DNA of 63,859 bases, filler included, from Intoshia linei (lineage: Eukaryota > Animalia > Orthonectida): NCBI GenBank assembly GCA_001642005.1. It is 5 parts of 5 records of this genome, joined end to end, with 100 filler letters (N's around TTAATTAATTAA, not from the genome) between each part and the next. Parts side by side here need not be neighbours in the genome. Positions count along the whole stretch, not along the records: positions 25,051 to 51,446 come from LWCA01000470.1; 4 more parts are not named here. The stretch is one strand, 5' to 3'. This document shows positions 33,791-49,135 of the stretch, one piece after another. The position numbers and the translations under genes are program-made. The notes beneath the pieces are model-generated. The model made no database searches, was not told where the DNA came from, and saw nothing but the letters and a program-made list of their open reading frames with translations. Each line of letters opens with the position of its first letter. Position 1 is the first letter of the stretch.

Positions 33791-35094
33791 TTATTCAACC
33801 TTTATATAATATCTAACAATTGAAACCATTGCTATAAGACTCGATAGTTGGATTTTTTCACTTGTGGATCTCGACAATCGTTCTTCTATTATAGCAAGTT
33901 GACTAAGCATGTACATTTTAATTTGAGGGGGAAATGAAAATTTAAGTACATATTGGCTTATTCTGTACAGTATATCCATTAACGAAAACCCTCTTTTTTG
34001 TTTTATTTTGGTAATTTTAATGAAACAGTCTTGAACTGTGTCGTTCATCAAAACGCTTACAATGTACTCTATTTCTTGTGGAGTTGGTTGACCGACAGAC
34101 GTGTATACTGAGTCTGAGTTGATTTTATCGTGGGATAAGTGGCACGATTGTAATATGTTTATTGCTCTACGCATGTCTCCTTCGCATAATGTTGATAATG
34201 CGTCAATTGCTTTATAGTCTATTTCCACCTTTTCTTTTTTAGAAATTTCAGATATTTTTGATATGATCAGTTCTTTGTCCAGAGGGCTGTAACGATATCG
34301 TGTGCATCGAGATTGAATTGCCGGTATTATTTTGTTTAGATAATTGCAAATTAAACAAAATCTTACCGTTTGAGTGTATTTTTCGATTACTCGTCGTAAT
34401 CTAAAAGTGATAATATTAATAAAGAAATCACACCTACAATTAAAATTTTATTAAGCCCCTTATTTAAAAAAAGTGTATTTTTTGGATTGGCGTAAAGGAA
34501 ATTTTTGTAAAAAGGGTCATCAACAAATTCGAAAATCTAAGCCGCGATTTGGGAAACACTGATTTAATGAATCTAACTTATATTAAGGTACGCGACATTT
34601 ATATGGGTCAACGACGGGAAATGTACGGGCATATCTATCCTAAAATAATGGTCGTAAGCTGAATAATAATTTTTTCATTAAAAAACTAAAGTAGTATTTA
34701 ACATTGAAATAAAAAATTACGCGCTTTGAGCATCTTTAGTCATTGAATCAGCTTCATCCAAAATAATTAATTTAAATTTATTACATTTAACAGTGGACTT
34801 GGTAGAAGCAAATTGTATAATTTTATTTCGAATAGTTGCGATTCCTCGATCATCTGAAGCGTTCAACTCTAATACTAAACTGTACCTTTGATCTTTTTCG
34901 TAAATTTCATTAGCCAAGGCTAATATTGTACTGGTTTTTCCAGTTCCAGGGGGTCCATAAAACAACAAATGTGGCATGTTATTTTCAGAAACAAATTTTT
35001 TCAATGTCGTTATAATTTCATTATGAGATGCCAAATCGGAAATGTTTTTAGGTCTATATTTTTCTATCCATGGAATGTTTTGAATATTGGACAT
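33791..35094 (-). CDS. RFC5: Replication factor C small subunit RFC5 (exons 35094-34721, 34400-33791)
   Basis: PWIEKYRP, YGPPGTGKT, LELNASDDRGI, ILDEADSMTKDAQSA|LRRVIEKY, CNYLNKIIPAIQSRCTR, GDMRRAINILQ. Confidence 0.92.
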
Positions 35095-35299
35095 AATAAA
35101 ATTGTTCAATAAATGCGGTTTTTAAAGTTTCCACGTAATTTTTTTTAAAATAAATTTGTGTTTATTGCAACAAATGAATAAAATACATGCATAATTTTTA
35201 CATTTGTATTTTTATAGTATATTTAGTGCATTTAACGACAGGTAGTAACCCAAAATACCGCAATTTAATTCGAAAGAGGATAACGATTCATTAAAATTT

Positions 35300-38200
35300 C
35301 TACAATAAATTGACAATCCAAGGTTCTTGGGTCAAGAAACTTTTTAATATAACGAACAAAGTGATTAATTAGTTGTTACTAAAATTGATAAAGATTTAAT
35401 TACAATTTTTAAATAATTTCCCACAGGGAATAATAGATTTAACTTTAGTTGCCTTAATGGTAGCAATACAAAAAGTTTGGTAATTTTTAAAACTAAATTC
35501 AACTTGAAATTGCTTACACATCTCAACAAAGGCAATTTTTTCTTTATTATTGTGTATATCAAAATTTGAAACATCAAAATCGTTGTTATTCTAAAAATGA
35601 ATATCACCAATACAAATATAAATTATTAAAAAGCAATATTTAAAGGGACCAATCGTCCTTTAGTTTTAGAAAAAATCTGACATTTTACCTTTCTACAATT
35701 TTCAACACATTGAATCAAGACATTTTCAGCCTGACAAAAAAATTTGAGATTTAAACTAAAAACAAATGTATTCTAATTATTAAAAATAAAACTTGTATTT
35801 CCGAGATAAATTTACATATTCTCCAACTTGTTTATTTGGATTTAAATCCACATTTTTTAAAGATACATTAAAAGCATTTGCTAAATCAATTTGATGTGAA
35901 TAATTGTCACATTTATCATTACAGGAAAGTCTAATCATAAACAAATTTAAGATTTAAGATTCTTTTATAAATACATTTTCAAATTTTCACATGCGGTATC
36001 ATTCATTTTTTCAAGTTGCAAGGAATTTTTTCTATGTGTAGATTAAACAATATTAACAAAAACCTTACGATACATGCGTATTTTTTATATTTTCAAATTT
36101 CATTTTTTTGTATTGATTACATTTTATTTTCTCTTTAAGAGTTCCACATTTGCAAACAACTGTTATCTAAATTTTACACTAAAGGTATCATGTAATGTTA
36201 TTGTCTTTGTATGGTAAGTTGCAATGTAATACAAAATTTACAAAAAAAAATACCAAAATTTCACAAATTTTATCGTCACAGTGACCAGAATGACAAATAC
36301 GGTAGCAGGCATGCAGGCATCTCTTTATTTTTTTACATTTATTAAAACATTTTCTAGTTTCTGTAATACAGTGATCCTAAATAATTACAAATATTAACAG
36401 AAAAATGCCCCATATCACCATTTTTTAAAAAAAGGTTGCCAGTTTTTAGATATTCGAAAAAATAATGAATATGCGCTACGCCAATATCAGTTATCCGGGA
36501 TTGCAGAAAGACAAAATATTAATTATAATAATTAACATGCAGTGATTATTTGTGCTCAAATATTAGAAAATGATATTGAATTGAGATAAAATGAAATCAC
36601 AAAATAAGTAGAATCAAATTAAACGTTTCCAACATGACTGAAATAATGGGAAACGGTAAATAAGCCTCAATTTTCATAACATAAAAATTATATATTATGA
36701 ACTTTTTTTACCATACCTTAAAGCTCCCCTTAAAGTTAAAGGGGGTTTTTTAAGATATTTTTAAACCAAGCCCTTGAAACGAAATTTCCAGAATAATGAA
36801 GTGAATTTAAAAACCTTCCCTTGTAAGTTTTGATAAAAAAATCTTCAAAACTCTCCAATTTTAAGGATTGTTAAAAAAATCTTAAAAAACCTTCTTTTTT
36901 AAGGATTGGTAAAACAATAATCTAAAAATTTCCCTTCAAGGATAACACTAGACAACACTGAACAATACATCTGGATACCTTAAGGATTAATCCACTTTTA
37001 CAAACCTTAAAACTGGAATTTTTCCTAAAGGTTTGGTAAAACTGAGTTTTTCCTTTTAGGGTTGGTAAATTTTGATTTTTAGTAAAAATGGTTTGATTCA
37101 AGTAGACACCCTATAATTTTTATACATATATTATAAAAAATTGAGAAATATTTAACTAAAATGGAATTCATTTAGTAATGAACATTTTAAATCATAAACC
37201 TGATGACAAATCAAATTACACAAATGACCACAGTCTAATTTTTTTTGGCATCGTAAATTGCAGGAAATTTGCTTACTACTGCATTTCATTTTTAAAGTCT
37301 AAAATACACGGTATAAAATGATATCATACATTAACATTACATTAATTCAGTAGTACCCAAATTTTTTACTGGTGTGACGCACCCAACATGTAAAAAATTT
37401 GCACATACTTCAAATCGATTTTCCCGAAAATTTTTAATGGATTTTGCTAGAATAGTCCCCAAAAAAAAAAAAATTGGACCTAAATGTTTAAACATTATTT
37501 AAATTAATCTTAAAATGACATTTACAAAATTTAATATTTTTGAATTAATTCATATAATTATAATTATACTCGAAATTTATAATTAAAAATCTCGTGCTGC
37601 ACCAAAGTGTCGCGGTGCACAGTTATGGAATAGCTGCATTAATTATACAAATTGAATTTATTTTAATCTCTTTTGTAATTCGTAAATTTTTCAGTTCTAT
37701 CTTTATCAGTGTTTCCCAACCTTTTTTACTACAGTACCCATATTATAGTACTTATTTTGATATTACCCACTATAATGTTTTACTGCATTTTGGATGGTCA
37801 GGTTTTTAGACTAAGCCATATAAATTTTTTAATACGTTAAGTAGTAGTAGTAAACTTTAATTAAAATTTTTTAAAAAACTAATTTTACAAAATAGTAAAA
37901 TAAAAGGAAATTGTGTTTTTGACCCGAAGGATCAATGGGTAAAATTAGATTTCATACGTTACTACGCTATATTATGCGACGCAAAAAAATAATCAAATTT
38001 CTATTTTTTTAGAACAAATTTCGCAATTACCCATGAAAAATATCAAATTACCCACTCGTGGGTAAATACCCACAGGTTGAGAATCACTGATCTATATCAA
38101 AGTTAAATTAACCCATTAATAAAAGGTTAGAGTGTTACAATTTTACAATAATGTGTGCCAAATGGGATAAACGCTCATGGAATATATTTTATTGTCTGAG

Positions 38201-40407
38201 TCCACAATGACACATCACTTGGCCCTGGTGAGTTAGCAATGCGACGAGTTAAATAAAAAGTGTCGGTCCCACCAAAAAAAAATAAAAATATTCACTGCTT
38301 CACAAAGGTTATAGAATTAACCTCAAATTTTTAAATTAGCATTAAATAGTGTACCAAAAAAATAATATACACATAACATAAAGTAACTGATTTCACAGTT
38401 AATCTAAATTACCTTTTTACCGCAGAAACATAGGGTATTAATCAATCTTTCACAAGGAGAACATTCTTTAGAAAAATGACACTTGTGATTATCTACAATG
38501 AAGAAAAAAATATAAATACAGATAAAATGAATAAAAATTTAATAAAATGCAAATTTTGGAACCAATATACAGTGTCGAACGTACCGTACCCTTTTGGGTT
38601 TCATTTTTGAAAATTAACTATTAATAAAAACATTGTTGTATATCAAAACTATTTTGTATGTTAAATTTAAAATGTTTAATAATGATTCATTACTTTTTTC
38701 TGTTTAAAGTTTAAATTTTTCATTAATTTAGTGATTTATTTTTCAAAATAATGAATAATTTGTGCCTTATTTGCTAATTTACGTTTTTTACAGGGATATG
38801 AAATTTTTAGGGTTAAAATTGACGATATAACACTCTGAGAAAAAAAGTACCTCATAAATGTCTTAATTAAAATTGTAAGGCTTTAATGGACGCAAAATTT
38901 AATGAGGAATAATGGATGCGTGGTAAAAAAGTCTGATACTGCCTGCTGTAGTAAAAACTACAAGGCATATATGGAATAATGCAGCATGTATTACCAATTC
39001 CGTCGCATTTCAGACATTTAATTTGACAAATATTTTCACATTGAGTCATCTGGATTGAACAAAATATAGGCGGATAAATTACAGTTTGTCCACACAAACA
39101 AACTCTTTCGCGAAAATCTAGAAAGAATTGTACTGAATAACTAAATAATTACCAGTATAAAGACAATCACCACACGGTCCAACATGACAAGGTTTATTAC
39201 AAACATGTTTGCCGCAACTCTGCATTTTTTGACAAACTTTGAGGCAAATATGATTTCCCTTATCAGTACAACATTTGACATTACATGAATGTTTATTACA
39301 AGACATTAAAGTTTTACACGTGACATTACATTCAAAACTTTGGTCTTGCAGTTTAAAATCTTGACAAGCAATTTTTTTGTGAAATTTTCGACATTTACAA
39401 AATAGAATAACAAAATCTGCGCATTTACAAGATTTAGTGGGTTGATGGCATTTTTGATGACATTTATGATTTAAATGTAATAAATTTTTAAATTTACAAT
39501 TGACAACCTTACCGCAAATGTTTGGACAAACATTTAAATCGTCAGTGCATTTTTTACGTACCTTTAGATTGTAGTCCAACTTGACAAAGTCTTTTATGTT
39601 GGTTTTACCACAACTACACGTTTTGAATCGTCGTGAAGTGTATGGGCATGGCAGACAAGATTCAGTGTGACAAATCATTTCACAATAATGGTTTTCACAT
39701 GATAATAATTTGTTGCATACTTCCAGGCATTTGAATTTCGTGTTGGAATCCAAAATGTAATCGTTGTCGAAGCATGAAAGATATCTTATAGATTTATTAC
39801 AGTAGCAGCTAATTTTCCATTCAAAATCGCAAGATGAACAGGGGCCAATGTGACAGATTTGTTGGCATGTATGAACATTGGGATTTACGCAATTTAATGG
39901 TTTGCCACATGCATTGTTACAAGAAAAATACTCTTTTTCCAAACACTTTACGAGTCTTGTCTGTTTTCCACAAGAGCATAATTTTTCTACATAGCGTCTA
40001 CATTCTACACACTGCCCTGGATGGCATAACATTGTACAAGGGTGACCGCATTGGTCATTTTCCAATTTACCACAAATTTCGCCACATGAATGAGCCAATA
40101 TAGATGAGTTGACGTAGGAATTTGCGGATAAAATTTTTTTTCGGCAGAAACAAGTGTATTGAGGGTTTTCATTAATGTTACATTTACACAATGGGCACAA
40201 TAATGTCTTTTTTCTGAAGGATAATTCGCTAAACCAATTTTTTATACATTTTAAATGTAAAATTATAAAACATTCTACACACGTCCATGTTTCCTCGTTT
40301 CTGTATATATTACTGTGACAAATTACGCAATTTAAACAGTTTGATTCAATTTCATGTATTTGCTTTTCTCGGAGTAAAGTGTATGTTTCTGTTTCATCAT
40401 TTTTCAT
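35300..40407 (-). CDS. NFX1: NF-X1-type zinc-finger protein (NFX1/shuttle craft); multi-exon, 3' end uncertain
   Basis: RING CVIC..WTCVEC..HLKC..CPLC, HSCGEIC, repeated CxHxCxxxCHxGxC, CLCGQTVIYPPIFC. Further Cys-rich exons at 39117-38995, 38492-38413, 37298-37200, 36376-36254 and 36166-36069. Confidence 0.85.
37707..38089. mobile_element. hAT-derived MITE in an NFX1 intron
   Basis: TIR CAGTGTTTCCCAACC...GGTTGAGAATCACTG; 8-bp TSD atctttat/atctatat (7 of 8 match). Confidence 0.85.
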
Positions 40408-41552
40408 AGTTTAATTGTTTATCATATAAACTTTATATAATTAAATTAATGTAGGTAAGTTAATTTGAAACCAACTTATTTTTCATTACATGAATTATTT
40501 CATTGAAAGTTATTTATTTACTGTAACGTCAAAAAAAAAGACTGTATAATTTAATAAATAATCAATTAGATGAAAAAGATATTACAGTCGGACCTCGGAT
40601 TGAGGTACCATTTTTTGAAAAGTGCTCTAAAATCAGGGGTTTTAGTAAGTTATCTAATTTTTCATTGAATATTTAAATTATTGTAATACATTAAGATATT
40701 ATATTTGTGTCTATTAGAGTCCACACTATTTAGGGTGATATTTTCAGGTAAATACCCGATAATCAAATTTAATAAAAATGTCAAATTAAAGTTACGAATA
40801 TTTATGTAATTATATATTTAATTTTTAGAATTATAGTTACTTTCTAATCTAAAATAGAGTTCTGCATTAGGGCTCTGCAATTTACCGTGTAAGATCTTAC
40901 TTGCGTCCAAACAGAACTAATCTATAAATCATGCTTAAAATCTTACCATCCTAGAGCCCTGTAAGGCCTGATATTTCCTGGTTCTTACCCATCCGTACGC
41001 CGTTTAGAATTTTATTTTAATCCAAGTTAAATATTTTTCATTAAGATCCATGAATCATGACTTGCATCCTCTCCAATTTTGTCTAGAACTCCCCCCTTCC
41101 CCACCCGAAGAGCTGTCTCAGTTGTCTTAGTTGTCACTATAGCATCTGCCGAGAATTGAAACTTGAAATTTAAGTGGAAATTTCAACTTTATATTTTGAG
41201 TCAAAACTTTTGACTAGCCTATTTTTGCTTAATTTCATTAAAAATGTTTATATTGTGACGTTTATATTTATGTAGATACAAATTTGCAAGAATTCACAAA
41301 TTGATTTTTAACTAAACGTTAAACTTGTACTTCCAATTTTCAATCTTCAATCAAACTTGTTATTTTCAATCATCATGCACATTTTAAACATAAATGCAAA
41401 TGAGAGAATTCATAAATTAGTAAACATGAAATAAATGTTTATTTCTATGAATCCTGCGAAACTATAACAAAATGAATATTTAATAGATAACGTTTGAAAG
41501 ACATTTAAAAGTTGAAAAATTAAATATAAAGACTTGTAATAAAAAATAACAA

Positions 41553-44500
41553 ATGCATTTTTCCGTAGAATCACATACTGCATACAATGAAATATTCAAT
41601 GTATCACTGTTAATCACTAGAACAATAAAATCAACTCAAATAAATGGTCATTCTACATTACTTCGAAATTTGGACGTTTTAATGGAAAAATTGAGTGAAA
41701 AGAAATCTCTAATGGAAATGGAACCTTTAGAAATTTGCATACCTTTACTTGAAATTATTAAAGCAGAAAATTCTTCATTAACAATTGTTGCCAAATGCTT
41801 AGAATCCTTACACATTTTTTTACAATTTGATATTTTTTCCATTCGAAACAATAACATGTCACATCAAATTCAAGAAACAATTTCTGAAATTGCAGGTTCC
41901 GTTTCATCCATTAAATTTGTTGGATCTGATCCCGACAAGGACGAAATTATTGTTTTTAAAATTATTACAATTTTTAATGATTTAGTTACTTTACCATACC
42001 TTAGTCAAATGCTCTCCAATAAAAGTATTGTTCAGATTATTAAGCTTTCTCTTTCAATTTTGTGTGAAGCTAGAATTTCTAGTAAATATTTTTATACTAT
42101 TTTGATTTAATTGTGTTTAATTATAATTTTAGGCATTTTAAAGGAAGTATTGGTTGATTATTGCAAAAATATTGTTTCGCATTTGTTTCAATGTGATATT
42201 ATTGAAAATTTAATAGTAATTTTTACCTTTTTTGTTTTATTTAAATTTAGGTTGCATATGAAAACAATGTAATTTTTAAGATTAGTTTGTATATTTTATT
42301 TTTTTATATGCTAGGGTCGAAAGAAATTGATAAATAATGAGACATTTTTTAATTTTAAATGAAAAATCGTTTATTTATGTTGAATAGAAAAAATATTATT
42401 TTTGTCACGGGTTGTAACTTGGAATGATTTAAATTCGCATTTTTTTGGTGTTTATTATTATTTAAATAGAATAAAACAACCGAAAAAAATGATTCCAATG
42501 AAAACTTGATTGAAAAACCTAAAAAAGGTAAATTATACAATTTATACGAGATTTTAAATTGACAATATTACTTTTACAAAGTCATTATATTGTATTTGTA
42601 TTGAATTTTAGAAAAATGTTAATCATAAATCATAAATTTTTAGTTAAAAAACATTTAAACCTCCAAGAAACCTTTGAAAATACCCTAAATCCCTTTTTAT
42701 TTTTTTCTAAACCAATATAAAAAAATTACTTTAAATATTTTTGAAAATATCTCAAATGCCTCTTTTTAATTTATTATAAACAAATATATAAAAAATGTCA
42801 ATTTGAAACTTTTATAATTCGCATAATCAGTGCTGTGTAAAGAATGGAGGATTTCCGCATAAGCCACGATAAATTTTCCAAGTTTTAATTTAAATATTTT
42901 TGTAAAAATTTTTAATGTTTTCCATTACATACCCGCGTAAATTTAGACATACACTGCTATATACGTTACAATATGACATTGTAATACACAGTAATGTATC
43001 ATTACTAATGATGTACCGATACAAAAAAATATAAAAATTAATTTAAAATTAGTGTAGGGTAGGTAATTAGGTAGGGGTTTTAAGGGATTTTTTTACTCGA
43101 TTTTTTAAGATTTTTATGGAAATTTTTTGACAAAAATTTTGAAGCGTTTTTAAGGTAACTTTTTTTTTACCCAATTTTTTAAGATGGTGAAGATTTAAAA
43201 TTTAAAAAATATTCCCTTAAAACCCTACAAAATTATCTTCAAAATCTTTAGAAATTGTGTGAAAAAATGCTTCCATTAAAAAAACTCTATCAAATTATGG
43301 TCCCAAAATTATCTTCAAAATCTTTAAAAATTGGGTGGAAAATCAATAATATGATTATGTCGCTCAACTGAAACGGCGTCTAGTCCAGGGTGCACAACCT
43401 GCGGCCGTGGGCAATCCATGTAATCATAATGCAATATATCATTTTATTTCAAATTCAAGGGAAATATTTTTATCAAAATGTTCATTTTTGACTTTACCAC
43501 TTTCTCAAAGTCAAATTTAATTTTGTGTGGCCGTAGTATCAATGAGTAAAGTAGCTTTGCGGTTGAAATGATGGAAAGGTTGTGCACCCCTGGTCTAGTC
43601 ACTTGAGCCCAATCTTTAGTAATTATTTTGATTCAACTGAGCCAATCTTAATACGGCACTGTATATAAAATTACTTTCAATAATTTTATATGTTTTTCAG
43701 CCGACAAGAATGATATGACTTGTAGATATGAAATCATGAAATACTTAATAATCTTAATTTACCCTTGTGAAAAAACAAACGAAAAAATGAAAATATATTT
43801 AGGATTTGAAATGTTAAATATAATAATTGAAAAATCATTGGAATCTCTAATAAAATACCAACCAATCAAGCAATTAATATCAACCGATTTGTGTCGAAAT
43901 TTTTATTTGTACTTGTCGCTTCAAAATTACTTTAAATACACATCAAAGGTTTTGCGCCTAGTTTTTTATATGTTTGATTTGATGCGTCGTGATTTAAAAT
44001 TCCAATTGGAATTGATATTGGACAAAATGCTGATACCATTATATACTAGCGGAATGGTTCCACAGAATGGTACATCAAATCTATCCATCAGTCAAATTTC
44101 TGTGGAAATTGAAAGACGAACATGCATAATGCACGCACTCAAAAGATTTATGAAACTGCCTCATTTTATCGAAAGTGTATATATAAATTATGATTGTGTG
44201 AATGAACATGTAAATTTTCTACCACTTATTAATGATATAATCCGTACCAAACAAATTTCGTCTTCGAAATCCAATACATCCGCCAAACTGTCTGTTTTGT
44301 TTCGGAATAGTACATTACTAGATTTCATTCAAACACTTTTAATTTCTTTGACATTTTCGTATAATGTTTCTGATGACATTTCCACTCTTAATTTAAATAC
44401 TGGAGATTTGGATAGGGATGAAGAGAATGTCACTGGATTGGAGTACCAAAAAGCGTTAAGTGACGATAATTATCCTTTTTGTGAAAGGTATGCTATTGAT

Positions 44501-47500
44501 ACGTATCCTGCTTCATTGGTTTTGAAAAAACATTATGAACAATCTGCTCATTTGTTCAATACGACTAGTCCTTCAAAATCTCTTAATTACCATATTGCCC
44601 ACTGTGGCTATAATGACATTGAACAGCAATTTAAATCGTTTGCGAGGTTCTTGAAATATAATGATTCTGTGGATATAAAAAAGATTGGAGAGTTTTTAGC
44701 GATTCGTGAGTATCAGCCGATTTTGAAGGAATATATTTGTACATTTAATTGCGTTTCTAAGCGTATCGATCAGTCCTTGCGTGAATTTTTGTCGTCTTTT
44801 CGGTTAGCTGGGGAAGCACCCCAGATTGCCAATGTTTTGGAGACTTTCGCTTCGTATTGGCATGAATCAAACGGTTTGCCCTTTAATACGCCGGACGCTG
44901 CTTTTACTTTGGCTTACGCTATAGTCATTTTAAATGTTGATCAACATAACGAAACGGCAAAAAAACAAAATGTGCCCATGACTGAAAAGGCGTTTATAGA
45001 TAATCTGAATGGCGTCAATGGGACTGAAAATTTTGATAGAGAAATGCTTAGTCAGATTTATAATGACGTTCGTAATTATGAAATTATTGTACCCGAAGAA
45101 AGGGATGGTTTAGTCAAATTGAATTACATTTGGAATAAAAAATTGAATTGTCATCTTTCCAATAAGGTTCCTTTTTATGATTTGGTTCATACTCAAAAAT
45201 GTCAGAATAATATGCCTACTGGTAAAATTTTTAATGTGCTGTATAAATCAATTATCGATTTTTTAACTGATCAAATTAGAGGCGTGTCTAATAACGATAT
45301 AGATTCGAAAGTGTTTAAAAAATGCATGTTGAGTATTTTTGAATGTGTCAACATTGCCTCTACTTATAATGCTGTCAGTATTACTAACGATGTTGTGTTG
45401 AAAGTGTGCCATCTTTGTCAGCTGTATAATGACCGATTTGATTATACGAGTAATCATGATGAATTGATTAAATCTATCGCTACAAATGCTAATCAATTGT
45501 CTATTATTAAGGCTATATTTACGTTTTCCAGACAACACGGTAACGCCCTAAAAGAATCTTGGAAAGGAGTCTTGTCCTTATTTAACCTTCTGTTTCGATG
45601 GAATATGCTTTCCGAAGTTTTAGTAGAAGTGGAAGACTTTACTAGTAAGGGAGGGCGACTTTTATTGGAAGCTCAGAAAAGTTTAAAATTGTCTAAAAAT
45701 GAAAGCAGTGTACTTTCATCTTTTTACAATTATTTCAACATTGGATTGGAGTCAAAGAACGAAAACATTGAACAACGTAGGGTTCTGCAATCGTGTATAG
45801 ATGAGTGCACTCCTGAGCAGTTGATTTTAGATTCCAAGTTTTTGTACCCTGAATCTGCAGTTCATTTAGTAGTATCCTTGGCCAAAATTATAAAAATACT
45901 CTACGGTTCAATGATACAAAAGGATGAATCTGTTTTAGTTTTTTATTTTGAACTTTTGGTAATGGTGTTGCTACAAAATAGAGACAGGTTTTCTCTTTTG
46001 TGGAGACATGTTGGAAATTTTTTTTATTTTCTTGTAGACAAACTTGATGGAAAAAGTAAATTTGTCGAAAGAGTAGTTGTAGATATTCTTCGTATCAGTA
46101 TTAAACTGATTAGACGTGATGATTACGCGCATATAATATCCAAGAATATAAATATTTTGTTTCAACCTCGATTTATTGGAAGTATGGTTTTGAATTACAA
46201 CATTGTATTTGGTTTACACGAGATTATCAAAATTGGTGGAGATACTTTTAAACAAAGTGAAAATTGGGTCTACATTTTTAGGATTCTAATCCTTTCAGGT
46301 TTAGGATACTACGTCGACGAAGAATTGGAGCTTTGTTATGGAGCTAAATTTAACAAATTTGATGATTTGGATACTACTGGAACCAGTAATACTAAAAGTG
46401 AAAATTTTGAAAATAATGTCATTATCCCAGAAATTGAAAAATTTGAATTGGATAAGAATAACGAATACGATATGCTCAATTGCCCTCCCTCTCCTAACGG
46501 TAATTCAGATTTTTCGTCATTTTCGGATCGTAGAAATGACGATTTTACAGATTTGGAGCCATGTCGAGTTCGTAAAATTTCTGAGAATTGGACTTTGGTA
46601 TCAACTAAAGATCCTGATATTAGTACAACCTCGCTGTTGACAAATTTACCAGAGAATGACAATTCTCCTATGGAAATTGTTTATAATGAAAAAATCATGT
46701 CTAAACTCGTCGAAATTTATACCTTTATGGTCCGTGAAAATTATATGGGTTCTTCAAACATTTTTTATCTTACTAAAGCTCTCATTGTCAATACACGTGC
46801 TTTATTTTATTTTAAAAAGTTGTACAAATTACGCAAGGAGCGTTCTTTGTCAAATCCACCTACCCCTCATTCTGAGAAGAAGAGCAAAAAACATAAACAC
46901 AAAATTACACCTATAGAAAATAAGGAACAAGGACCAGAATCTTTATATATACAATTTTTAGAACTTATCCATTCTTTACATACTCGAGCTGCAATGATTT
47001 ACCATTCTTCTCTTGTAGGCGAACAACAAACTCTAAAGTTACAAATTAATGACGACAATACTGACAAATCTGATCAAGCTTCAAATTTGACTAGTTTTGA
47101 AGTTGATAGTTCAGATTATTATTCCAATCTTTGGGAAAATTGTTGGAAACCTTTAATGATATCAATGACGTTATTCTGTACTGATCAAAATAGAAATGCT
47201 AGAGGATTGGCTTTTACGTTTTTGCAAAGAGCCCTACTACAACAAGATCTTCAAGCTTTGCCTAAGGACATGTGGGTTAATTGTTTTTCGCAAATAATTT
47301 TCCCGTTGATACACAAATGTTGTTTTCATTTTCCAATTGAATCTTTTATGGAAGATGCTTCTATCGAAGAAACGCACCTTAGGGCTACTCAATTAATGTG
47401 TAAAGTTTATTTACAACATCTATATGCCTTTACATTACATGATGTTAATTATTCCATATGGTTTGAACTTTTAAATATTATTTTAAATTACATTTCTTTC

Positions 47501-47842
47501 AACAAGTCGGAATTACTTGTTGAAGCTTTACCCGAATTACTTAAGAATATGCTTTTGGTTATGAGAAATTCCAATCTTTTTAATGATGAAGAGGTTTGGG
47601 TAAAGACTTGCCACAAAATTGATAATGTTTTACCAAATTTTATTAATAATCTTAATTCAGTTAATACTAAATCAAATGATATTTTTTCTGATTCTCCAAG
47701 TGACGAAGAATCTCATTTATCTACGTGCAACGTCACTGCGTCTCAAAATCAAATTTCTGATTGTTCTGTTTTATTGAATCCTGAAATTATTGAAAGTGTC
47801 ATGTCCGTTGTCACTCAAAATACACCAGAAACTCAAGAGTAA
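41553..47842 (+). CDS. GBF1: Golgi brefeldin-A-resistant Arf GEF GBF1 (first exon 41553-42081, small internal exons, last exon 43701-47842)
   Basis: FVGSDPDKDEIIVFKI, LKFQLE, YINYDC, Sec7 FRLAGEAPQI and FTLAYAIVILNVDQHN, VLLQNRDR, FTFLQRALL, EALPELLKNMLLVM. Confidence 0.93.
43386..43592. mobile_element. hAT-Charlie-like MITE in a GBF1 intron
   Basis: TIR CAGGGTGCACAACC...GGTTGTGCACCCCTG with a perfect 8-bp TSD GTCTAGTC (43378-43385 and 43593-43600). Confidence 0.92.
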
Positions 47843-47939
47843 ATTTTTTTAATTAAATTGTTTATTATTTTATCTGTTCTTGTTTGCATATTATTTGGTG
47901 ATCATGTCTTTGTGACTCATAACTTACGAGTCGTAATAA

Positions 47940-48047
47940 TCCTTACTTATATAATATGTTTTGTCCGTGTGTTATCGTTTATTTCAATAACTACCCGTCT
48001 TAGAATTTTATAAAGTCCACATTTCAAGTACAGTTTTTTCCGGGACG
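47940..48047 (+). mobile_element. Helitron-like 5' end repeat family (related starts at about 26532, 51324 and 60368)
   Basis: A|TCCTTACTTATATA start; shares tcttagaatttt..aaag.ccacatttcaa.tacagttttttccgggacgt with about 51390-51446. Confidence 0.5.
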
Positions 48048-48158
48048 TATAATAAGATAAATTTCAACCTCCCAAACTCACATATTACCGATCAAAAAGC
48101 CCAATTATCCCTCTTTTTGAAAATCAAACGAGTTGGAGAATTTAAAAGAATATATACG

Positions 48159-48305
48159 CTGATACGGATTTTAAAATCATAAACATTATCATAAATTTAA
48201 ATGCTGATGCGGATTTTAAAATCATAAACATTATCATAAATTTAAATTTAAAAAAATACACTGATGCGGATTTTAAAATCATAAACATTATCATAAATTT
48301 AAATT
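48159..48305. repeat. Tandem repeat, three copies of about 45-60 bp
   Basis: ctgat(a/g)cggattttaaaatcataaacattatcataaatttaaat three times. Confidence 0.9.
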
Positions 48306-48889
48306 TAAAAAAATTATATTTGGATCATACTGATTTATATTTTTTATCAAAAATAAATAAATCACTGCCGTTAAAATATTGATAGACATTATTACAAAGG
48401 CAGTCGATTTATTAGCCATCAAATAAAATGCGTTAACATCAAATAACGTGACTTAACATCAAATTTTAAATTCTATCGTCAAATAAATATAATAGCAGTC
48501 AATAGAAAGTAATTAGACAATACTTTTATTTAATTTGAAGGCAATTTATTACGTCTAGCAACAATACATATATTTGTGCTCAAATTAAATCTTATAGCAT
48601 AAGTAAAGTTAATTTTCAAGTTAATTTATCAAATAATAACATTTAAAGTCAAATTAATTTTATTCAACTTCAAATTATATATAATCAAATTAAATAATTT
48701 TGAATTTAACATATTAAATTTCATTTAGCAAGATTAATTTTAATTAACAAAGATTAAAAATTAATATTCAGTAATGAAATTGAACAATATCAAAGGAAAA
48801 TTGTCCGCTTCACTGAACATAAAATTGTATTGCTCATTGTTGAGTCATAAAATTTGAAATTGAAATATTGGAAACAAATGAAAATATAT

Positions 48890-49135
48890 TTGATGAATAT
48901 ATGGAAAAAATTTTCCAAGAATATGAAGTATGTTATAACAATCAGGAATGGAAGCTATCAACGTGTACGTGTTGATTTTTTTTAAAAAATTTTAAATGTA
49001 AACACTTAATATTAATAGCAATGCATTTAAATTTATTGAAAAATGATGATTTATTGGTTGAATCAAAATCAATTTTCATCGAAGAGAAAAAAAGAGGACG
49101 TCTCAAAGGATCCACAAGGGCTTTAATTGTAAATT
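48890..49135 (+). mobile_element. MULE transposase C-terminal remnant (SWIM finger)
   Basis: WKLSTCTC*FFLKNFKCKHLILIA followed by KKRGRLKGSTRAL. Confidence 0.75.
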
